A stretch of DNA of 45,963 nucleotides, taken from assembly GCA_946623145.1 (NCBI GenBank), contig CAMOQT010000001.1, positions 1-45,963 on the forward strand, read 5' to 3'. Shown here piece after piece: positions 1-7,900 of this stretch. Under the pieces are notes generated by a model that made no database searches, had not been told where the DNA came from, and was given only the letters and a program-made list of their open reading frames with translations. Each line of letters begins with the position of its first letter. Position 1 is the first letter of the stretch. A program made the translations under genes and the position numbers. The stretch is from an uncultured Azospirillum sp. (GTDB taxonomy: Bacteria; Pseudomonadota; Alphaproteobacteria; RF32; CAG-239).

Positions 1-857
1 ACTTTTCCGATTAGCTTACCATTGGCATCATACATGTTACCAAATTCATCTACTCTACCAATAATATTGCCATCTTTATCGTAGAGTATTTTTTCAGTTC
101 CTTTTGAAGCTGCTGCTTTACCTATTATTTTTCCGTTTTTATCAACAACGGTTCCATCCGGCAACATATTTCCGATAACATTACCATCTCTATCAACAAC
201 ACTGCCATCCGGATTAACATAACCGATAATATTGCCATTTTCATCATAAACTAAACGGCGATTTTCATCTGCACGGCCTTTTATACTTTTAGTAATAACA
301 TTGCCGTCTTTATCAATATATCCAACCACATTACCGTTTTTATCAACGACGCTGCCATCCGGCATAACAATTCCGATGACGTTACCATCCTTATCGATAG
401 CGACACGCCCTTGTTTGCTGACATGACCTATAATTTTACCGTCCAGGCCAACAACTTCGCCGTTTTTGTTTAAACGCCCGATAACGTTGCCATCTTTATC
501 AACGACACTACCATCAGACAGAACTCTTCCGATAATGTTACCATTTTCATCATAAACAAAGCCCGCATCAACTGCTTTACCGATGACATTACCATCTAAA
601 TCAACAACCGTTCCATCGGCCAAAGCCTTACCGATAACATTCCCTTCTAAATCGACAACTGTTCCATCAGCAAGAACGCGACCGATAATATTACCATTTG
701 CATCATATACTAATCTTGGATTCTCTGCAACGCCGATAATATTACCATTTTCATCAACGATCATTCCGTTAGCATTGACACGACCGATAATATTACCGTT
801 TTCATCTCGAACATATCCATCTTCATCTATTGTACCGATAACTTCGCCATTAGGACC
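1..857 (-). repeat. In-frame tandem coding repeat, about 51 nt (17 aa) per unit, roughly 17 units, continuing past the window edge
   Basis: Recurrent GNVIG/GNIIG cores, e.g. LADGTVVDLEGNVIGKA, LADGTVVDLDGNVIGKA, LSDGSVVDKDGNVIGRL, MPDGSVVDKNGNVVGYI. Track ORF 583..1176(+) is the antisense shadow of this periodicity. Confidence 0.85.
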
Positions 858-1529
858 TATGGCATATCGCGTATTTACCGTTTTTTCATCCACCCCTTTA
901 GCGCCGCCAATACTTGCAGTATCACAGAAATTACAATCTTCTTTACGAATAGCTTTACCTAAGACGGGAACTTTTTGCGATTTATTACTTGCTTTACTCA
1001 AATTAGCTTCACGCCATGTTATAATAAAGTTATTTTGGACATTGCCGGCAACGACAGGAATCCACTTCATTGTGATATCACAAGTTTCGTGGCCTCTCAA
1101 TGTTCTGTTTTTGCATAGTTCATTAAAACTAAAACCATCAAAGGGAGGCTCTGCCAATTCAACAGAAACAATTTGAATTGTTCCGCGTCCGTTTGTTCCG
1201 ATTGTTAAAACATTTTCAGCCTCTGTTCCTAAAACAACTTGCCCCATTTCAACCGGATCCGGTGTTGTTGTTATCGGAATTTCACCTTGATTAATATTTT
1301 CGAATTCAATGCTTTCTTCTTGTTCTGTCGTATTTTGCGATGAAAAAGCATCATCGTTTGATGTAAAAACAGGTGCGCTATATTGCTCTTCTTCTGCGTC
1401 ATCCTGCAGAACAAGCATTAATCCCAAAATAAAGATAATTAAAGAGATAATACCAACCATCAAAATAACATGGTTGGTTTTTCTGACATAACTTTCTGAA
1501 TGAGTTAAAATTTCTCTTTCATCACTCAT
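1..1529 (-). CDS. Membrane-anchored tandem-repeat protein at the VirB10/TrbI position of the T4SS cluster. The 5' end is complete; the gene runs off the left window edge.
   Basis: Absent from the ORF track because it has no in-window stop. My minus-strand translation from ATG 1529-1527 is open to position 1. This ATG overlaps the TGA of the virB9-like gene as ATGA. The product starts MSDEREILTHSESYVRKTNHVILMVGIISLIIFILGLMLVL (one TM helix). A beta-sandwich-looking segment follows (VVLGTEAENVLTIGTNGRGTIQIVSVELAEPPFDGFSF...LRGHETCDITMKWIPVVAGNVQNNFIITW). About 17 tandem units of the form L-x-D-G-x-V-V-D-x-x-G-N-V-I-G-x-x come after that. A VirB10 C-terminal domain is not visible because it would lie outside the window. 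Confidence 0.7.
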   Translation of the reverse strand, partial: MSDEREILTHSESYVRKTNHVILMVGIISLIIFILGLMLVLQDDAEEEQYSAPVFTSNDDAFSSQNTTEQEESIEFENINQGEIPITTTPDPVEMGQVVLGTEAENVLTIGTNGRGTIQIVSVELAEPPFDGFSFNELCKNRTLRGHETCDITMKWIPVVAGNVQNNFIITWREANLSKASNKSQKVPVLGKAIRKEDCNFCDTASIGGAKGVDEKTVNTRYAIGPNGEVIGTIDEDGYVRDENGNIIGRVNANGMIVDENGNIIGVAENPRLVYDANGNIIGRVLADGTVVDLEGNVIGKALADGTVVDLDGNVIGKAVDAGFVYDENGNIIGRVLSDGSVVDKDGNVIGRLNKNGEVVGLDGKIIGHVSKQGRVAIDKDGNVIGIVMPDGSVVDKNGNVVGYIDKDGNVITKSIKGRADENRRLVYDENGNIIGYVNPDGSVVDRDGNVIGNMLPDGTVVDKNGKIIGKAAASKGTEKILYDKDGNIIGRVDEFGNMYDANGKLIGK

Positions 1530-3082
1530 TGGGTTCTAACCACACTACAAAATACACCGTTTCGACCTAAGCGACTGCAAACTTCATCGCCATCTTCCAA
1601 ACTTTCAACAGGACCAACCCTCAAATGGAACAATTCTTTGCCCTGACCATCTGCTGCAGCATCTACAGAGAAAAACGGCTCATAGCGACTTAAAGCGTCA
1701 GGATATTTTTTAGATAATGACGACCATAATTTTTCCAAATTATTGACATCTCCATCTGTTCCCAGTTCAATTGATATGTTGCTGTTATCTGCAAACATTA
1801 GCCCTGGACTGTTTTTGCCCATATTTGCCCAACTTCCTTCCGGGGCATATTGATGATTATTTGGAATTCTTTGCATTTTACTGTAATCAAAACCATCTAC
1901 AGAGGACATTCCGCCAAAGTTTCTTCCCGGACCATACGAAATATTAATTCCTCCATTAGGATTATTTGTATAATTTGAAACCATAAAATCATTGTTACCG
2001 GACATTCCTGCAGAACCAGAATACTGGGCTCCTTTATTCATTCCTTCCGGGATAGGAGCAGGAACTTGCCATTGTCCATCTGTATTTGCAACCGGTGTAA
2101 ATTCAAGACCGCTATCGTCTGAACGGCGCAATTTCAAGCAAACCATTCTTTTTCCGTTTCTCATAACCAGATCGCCAATACCTTCAACAATAATCAATCT
2201 ATTGTTCGGACCTTTAGTTCTGAAACCGACCGGAACTTCAATTCTCTCAACAATTAACGTAACAATCGGGCGTTGAGTCATTGTTAACGCTTTTTCCCCT
2301 AAATCTATGTAAGTAAAGATATCATCTCGCCAAACTCTTTCCGGAGCAATAACAACATCTTCCGGATTAGGGATATAAACTTCCATGTCAAACTTGAACT
2401 TAGAAACATCTAACGGAATAGATTTAATCCAATCTTGACGTTGAAAACTTCTCGTAAAAGTAGAATCCACCGACATATCATTTGAGCCGGAAGCATTTAT
2501 ATGACTTCCACCGCCACCAACGCTACCAGAACCTTTTCCTCCGATAACATCAATATCAATGATTGAGTTTGTCAAACGCTCCGTATTTACGCCTTCACTT
2601 TTTAGGTAGAAAACGTATTTATTTCCACTCCGTCCGAAAATAACAATATTCGTATCGACGCCAACATTTGCACCTTTTTTAGGATATAATAAAACAGTAT
2701 TCGGACCTGATATTTGTCCATCAAAACTAGAGCTATCACCTAAATAAATATCTTCAACCAATTCCCAGCTCGGAAAGTTTAATAAAGTCACCATTCCTTC
2801 TCTAACGCGAATAGGTAGGATAAGATCCGGAGACCAATAGTATTTTGAATAAGCCGGTTTAGTTTGTCCTTCACCTAAATTTTGCAGCGGATCCAACCAT
2901 GCCGTCTGAGTCATTCCCAACGCATTAAAGCCGGCATAATTCATATTCATAGGCATATACATTCCCTGACTTTGATCAGCATTTTGATCCAAACTCCCCA
3001 TTGTTGCCTGAGCGTATGCCTGCCCGGTCAATAACAATATTGAAATCATAAAAACAGAAAATGTACTTATTATTCTTGCCAT
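1526..3082 (-). CDS. virB9: VirB9/TrbG/CagX-family T4SS outer-membrane core protein with a C-terminal SPOR-like domain
   Basis: Signal peptide MARIISTFSVFMISILLLTGQAYAQA. The N-domain pattern is ILPIRVREGMVTLLNFPSWELVEDIYLGDSSSF...NTVLLYPKK...DTNIVIFGRSGNKYVFYLKS. The C-domain pattern is PERVWRDDIFTYIDLG...RPIVTLIV...LIIVEGIGDLVMRNGKRMVCLKL. The extra tail ends in ISIELG...LWSSLSKKYPDAL...ELFHLRVGPVESLEDGDEVCSRLGRNGVFCSVV, which looks SPOR-like. Confidence 0.85.
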   Translation of the reverse strand: MARIISTFSVFMISILLLTGQAYAQATMGSLDQNADQSQGMYMPMNMNYAGFNALGMTQTAWLDPLQNLGEGQTKPAYSKYYWSPDLILPIRVREGMVTLLNFPSWELVEDIYLGDSSSFDGQISGPNTVLLYPKKGANVGVDTNIVIFGRSGNKYVFYLKSEGVNTERLTNSIIDIDVIGGKGSGSVGGGGSHINASGSNDMSVDSTFTRSFQRQDWIKSIPLDVSKFKFDMEVYIPNPEDVVIAPERVWRDDIFTYIDLGEKALTMTQRPIVTLIVERIEVPVGFRTKGPNNRLIIVEGIGDLVMRNGKRMVCLKLRRSDDSGLEFTPVANTDGQWQVPAPIPEGMNKGAQYSGSAGMSGNNDFMVSNYTNNPNGGINISYGPGRNFGGMSSVDGFDYSKMQRIPNNHQYAPEGSWANMGKNSPGLMFADNSNISIELGTDGDVNNLEKLWSSLSKKYPDALSRYEPFFSVDAAADGQGKELFHLRVGPVESLEDGDEVCSRLGRNGVFCSVVRTQ

Positions 3083-3092
3083 TTTTCAAACC

Positions 3093-3839
3093 TTATCTTG
3101 TTTTATTATGCATTAATGAATACCGCATTACCGTGAAACCAACAGGATTATTTAAGCGATCATTAAATTTGACTGATTTTTTACGATACATAACACGCAA
3201 TGATGCTGTCCAATAATTCAACTCCGGCGCAGATGAATACGGATACATATCTTGGGTTTCATACTCTACTTGCCACAATCCCTGTCCAAGTTCGTTAACT
3301 GTCAAGATTTTTACGGTGCGTTGCAATCCTTTTTGTTTAACCAGTTCTAATGCTCTGTTAGCTGTTTTTTTGATAAACTCATCATAAACAGCCGGTGAAG
3401 ACATTTCCTGTACAGCTCCGCCCGGAAGCCAACGAATTTCCATTTCCGTAGCATCATTAATAATTGTACTGCGTTGTAAAATATAATTACGAACAAATGT
3501 TTCCGTAATTGACTTACTTGCGGTTAAATCACTCGAATATGGCTGGATATTATAAACTTGCTCTTCCTTATCTTGGAAACTCAGTAAATATGGCTCGACA
3601 CGAAACAGAGGAATAACCTGTACAATTGCCAACAGCAGAACAACATTACAGCATAAGCTAACCGCAGTTATTACAGCAAAAGCTCTTGCTGTCCACAGAT
3701 AACGTTTTTCATTGGTATTAGCAACAAAAGCCGAACTATGCCGCGAACGCATCGGCGGCTGCCTGTTCGGCTGACGAGCATTCTGCGTGCTTCCAATAAG
3801 ACGACGCTCGTTACCGTTATTCCCTAATTGGTTAACCAT
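3093..3839 (-). CDS. virB8: VirB8/TrbF-family T4SS inner-membrane protein (paralog 2)
   Basis: N-terminal cytoplasmic tail followed by one TM helix (FAVITAVSLCCNVVLLLAIVQVI). The periplasmic domain carries ETFVRNYILQRSTIINDATEMEIRWLPGG, YWTASL and the C-terminal NPVGFTVMRYS motif typical of VirB8. A GGAG RBS lies upstream. Confidence 0.85.
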   Translation of the reverse strand: MVNQLGNNGNERRLIGSTQNARQPNRQPPMRSRHSSAFVANTNEKRYLWTARAFAVITAVSLCCNVVLLLAIVQVIPLFRVEPYLLSFQDKEEQVYNIQPYSSDLTASKSITETFVRNYILQRSTIINDATEMEIRWLPGGAVQEMSSPAVYDEFIKKTANRALELVKQKGLQRTVKILTVNELGQGLWQVEYETQDMYPYSSAPELNYWTASLRVMYRKKSVKFNDRLNNPVGFTVMRYSLMHNKTR

Positions 3840-3854
3840 ATAGAATCTCCAATA

Positions 3855-4058
3855 TTAAATTGTTTCTATGAACCAGTCAGGTAAATTTTTAGGTAAATCA
3901 AGTTGCATACATGCGCAAGGAGATAGCTTTAGCTCATCAATACCTTTACCTACACCAACCGGCTCAGCTTCGTAATACGACCCGAAAATACCGCATGACG
4001 GCAGCATCAATAAAGCTATCGCTATTATAACTTTTTTTAACATTTTGAGATACCTCAT
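3855..4058 (-). CDS. Small lipoprotein, VirB7-like by size and position
   Basis: 67 aa. The signal sequence and lipobox are MLKKVIIAIALLMLPSCG. It lies between the two virB8 paralogs, immediately upstream of virB8-virB9. No sequence motif beyond the lipobox supports VirB7 homology. Confidence 0.5.
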   Translation of the reverse strand: MRYLKMLKKVIIAIALLMLPSCGIFGSYYEAEPVGVGKGIDELKLSPCACMQLDLPKNLPDWFIETI

Positions 4059-4142
4059 TTTTAGTATACTAAATCTAGACAGTTTGAGGTTATACTTTTT
4101 TAAATTAAATGTCTAATATCATCTGAGAATATCAACAAAGAA

Positions 4143-4898
4143 TTATATGCCTTCAACTCTGGTTTGAGAATAACGCAAAACAGTAAAGCCCATCGGGTTT
4201 ATTAATCTTCGACCAGTAAAAATGCGTTCACGGATAAAAATTCCAGTAATTGAGGCCGTCCAATACTTAGAAGTAATCGTTCTATCTAGCGATGTATTAT
4301 TTTTTCCCAAGGGCTCAAGATTATATGTTTTAAAATCGACTTTCCAGATTGGACTATGTTGTCCACCAACTCTTTGAACATTGATAATTTCGACTTCTTG
4401 AATGAGCTCTCCTCGACCTATTTCGGGCCAAATACTTTCTGTTTGCGATGTAAACTCATTGAAGATTCTGGGGGCGGATAAGAAATTAACAATTCCACCA
4501 GGAAACCACCGAATTCTCATTTCGGTTATATCATCTATAATAGTATTACGCATTTCAACATATTGGCGAACAAACATTTCTGCTATTTTATCTTTTGATG
4601 CCATATTCAAATCAATACTTTCAACACGTACCAAATCTTCACTATTATCTTGGGAAATGATTAAAAATGGTTTCACCGTTACTTGCGGCGCCAAACGAAA
4701 CAAAGATAAAGATGCGCTCCAGAAAAAACTAAGGGATAATACGGCTAAAAAGATAAAGAATCTTGATAACCACATATAATACTTAAGTTTGAGTGATGAC
4801 TCTTTTTGTTTATACTCATTTATGAATTCTATATGGCGCTCTGTATTTCCATCAGTAATTGCCAGAATATGACTTCCTTCAAGTCTGTTTTCTATCAT
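4143..4898 (-). CDS. virB8: VirB8/TrbF-family T4SS inner-membrane protein (paralog 1)
   Basis: One TM helix (FFIFLAVLSLSFFWSASLSLF). It carries EMFVRQYVEMRNTIIDDITEMRIRWFPGG, YWTASI and the C-terminal NPMGFTVLRYS. It is clearly paralogous to 3093..3839. Confidence 0.85.
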   Translation of the reverse strand: MIENRLEGSHILAITDGNTERHIEFINEYKQKESSLKLKYYMWLSRFFIFLAVLSLSFFWSASLSLFRLAPQVTVKPFLIISQDNSEDLVRVESIDLNMASKDKIAEMFVRQYVEMRNTIIDDITEMRIRWFPGGIVNFLSAPRIFNEFTSQTESIWPEIGRGELIQEVEIINVQRVGGQHSPIWKVDFKTYNLEPLGKNNTSLDRTITSKYWTASITGIFIRERIFTGRRLINPMGFTVLRYSQTRVEGI

Positions 4899-4908
4899 CT
4901 GTTAAGCC

Positions 4909-7900
4909 CTATAGATTATCCTCTAATTGACCACAATATGGATCTTCAATAAACTTAAGTTGTTGTTCAAAGCTCTTCTCTTCCTCTTGTTCTAGGCGAG
5001 CTGTGACTTCTTTATTTGCTCTCTGTGCTTTAATTTCTTCATCAAGCTTAGAATTGTTTTCTGTATCGTCACCTATAGAAACAAGTGCTTCGCTATCTTT
5101 TTGTAAGACACCAATTAAATTATTGATTCTATCCATACGTTCTTTTATTACCTCATTATCATTTCCTTGTAAAGCACTAACACTATTTTGCGCCTTCTTT
5201 AACATTTCATTACGATAATTCAAGAGAGAACTTCTGGCTGCATTATAATCACTGTCTCGGGTTAAATCAAAATCGCTAGCCATTGAAAATTTTAATCGAG
5301 AGAACAACTCTTTCAACTCTTCTTTTGTTTCATCCAAACTAACTTTAGATTCTTCTAAGTTTTGGAGAGATTCTTGTTCATAATCGACAGCTTTCAAAAA
5401 CTCTCCCAGTTGTGTCTTTTCCATACTGATTTCACTATCTAGTATGTCTTCAATTTTTCCTTCAGCATTCTGACCTTTATTTGCTTTAGACAATGCTTGG
5501 AAAACATTTTTAGCAAAAGCATTAAATTTCAAGCCATTATTGTATTCAAACAAATAGCCTAATTCGCTCTCTGTTTCTGCCGGCTTAAAACTTGAGAATG
5601 GTTTAAGTTTACCGGAACCTCTAATATCATTAGCCGGATTATAAACAGTTGCATTATTATGAGAAACCGTGAGTACAAATCCTGAACACTGTTGATAGTT
5701 TTTTTCCAAAAGTTCTTTACGTCGTTTAATGCTTTCTGTATCCTCTTGAGCAAACAAACCAACCATAATGCTTTCAGGTTTATAATAAATTACGTATCCT
5801 GACTTATGGTTTCCTTCATCATAGGAAGTGACAAGATAGTTCTTTCCTTCATCATACCAACAAGGATATTTTCCTGCATTTGCAAGTTTTGCTTCAGATG
5901 GTTTAATAACCGCACTTAAATCAATATCCTTTTCGATATACGCCGGAGAAGATAATATTTTTTTCCAAATATCTGGAATATAGGTCATATTTTCAAGAAG
6001 TCCTTCTTTTGTTATAAGACCATTATCTCCTTGCGGAATACTATCATAGTCGGAATAATCGAAATAAACAACATCGCGAACTGATGGTAACGGGCTGTCA
6101 GGAACAATTGCCGGAGCCAAGAAGTCTCGACGTTTTCCGTTGTTACTGACGAAGCATTCTTTATCCGGAACTTTACAAACATCTTGCTGACAAGCATCAT
6201 TTGTAATGTAAGCTTTGTAGATGTTCTTTAACAAAGACATAATACCGCTGTAAGATGAGTATTTTTGTATTCCCTCGCTGAAAGAAACTAAATCTTGATC
6301 ATTTAAGTTCTTTAAGTGCTCTATTAATTGAGCGTGTTCTGCTGTTACCATTTCTATATGACCAGGTGTATTTCCTTCCTGCTGAGGTCTTATTTCTCGC
6401 TTATACATCTGTTCATTAATATCATTGATGCGCTGAACCGTTTCATTAATAACTTCTCTTGCCGCTCCTTTTGTATCATTGACTAACATATTAGCATCTG
6501 CAAGTATTTCAGGAAGGGTAAATAAATATTTTTCTCCATTATCATCTACCGTCGGAATCTTGAAATTACTCTTATAATATTGAGCCAAGTCAACGTTATT
6601 ATATTTTGCCAATGCTGTCGCATAGTCTTTTTCAGCTTTAGCAATGCGCGTATCATACAAGATTGTTGCTTCCCTTGTTTCGTTTACATAATTTTTGTTA
6701 ACGTTCTCTTTTTGCGCCTTTATTAATTCTAATTTATCTTTATCTTCTTGTAATTTTGCCTTAAGATTCTCGACTTTCTGTTCTTGAGCCGGAACTTCAG
6801 TAGTCAAGCGCAATACGTCTTCCCGAGCTTTTGCCAAATTTTCTTTAGCCAACAACAATCTGTCGGGTTCTTCCTCTTCAACTTCTTTTTCCGTAACAAT
6901 AACCTTGTTATATGTTCGGATATCTTGAGGCATAACGTTTGATTCTTTCTCTTTTCCATCTATCATTTCCGACATTGAGATTGTCTTGGTCAAAGAAGTT
7001 TGCGGCTCTGTTGTGATAGAAACTTTTGGTGATGTTCTATAACCGGTATTATCACTTTGTTTTGTAACATTTGTTACCGTCTGAGTTGTTGTGGCGTTTG
7101 AAGTCCCAGCTTTAGTATTGGTAGAAGAGGCTGTTTTAGCGACACTTGTCGTATTCACAGAAACAGGATTTTCTGTTTTGATGATTTGTTTTACTCCAGA
7201 AGCTGTGATATTCTTAGCTGTCACATCAGCAACTTCTTCATCTGCAATTTCTAATGCTGGTTCTTTTTGTAATGTTAAATCTTTATCTTCTAATTTGTTT
7301 TGAGAAAGAGCCTGTACAGATGTTTTTAAGGTTTTCGTTTCAGCTTCTTTTGCCGAAATTGTTTTATCCTTTGTATCTGCAACTTTTTCAGAGACTTTCT
7401 CCGAAGCCTCCTTTATCTCTTTAGTATCACTAATTAAACTCTTCTGAAGAGTTGCTTTTTCTATCTGCGCACTTGCAACTAAGTTATGATCCTTATAAAA
7501 GCCTTGATAGATATTGTAACTTTGTTTTCCTGTAAATCCTGCGTTTAGATCTTTCTTATATTCTTCCGTTGTTGTTTCAAAGACTTTTGTATTTGGAACC
7601 TGAAGCTCGTGCTCATAAATTGTTTCAACTAAGCGCTCATTTGCAGAAACCTCTTGCTCGGCTTTTATTTTTTCATCTTTCAAGTTTTGCAATATCAATG
7701 TCTCTTTATCAACATTCGCTTGTTTTTGATTGATTTGATTGATTAGAGCTTTTTCTTCCTGCTCCAATTTTTTCATTTTTGTTTCTTTTGCATTATAAAT
7801 GCTTGTTATTTTTTGTTTCTTTTCGGCAATCAAAGCATCAACTTCACTAACAGCTTCTTCACGATCCTGTTTTAATTTGTTTTTAAGCTCAGTTAATCCT

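Noticed and set aside
583-1491. Track ORFs 583..1176(+) and 1309..1491(+)
   Set aside because: Their products are low-complexity and Pro/Ser/Thr/Ile-rich with the same 51-nt periodicity as the opposite strand. They are antisense shadows of the open minus-strand repeat-protein gene (1..1529), which has a coupled start, a TM helix and a coherent repeat structure.
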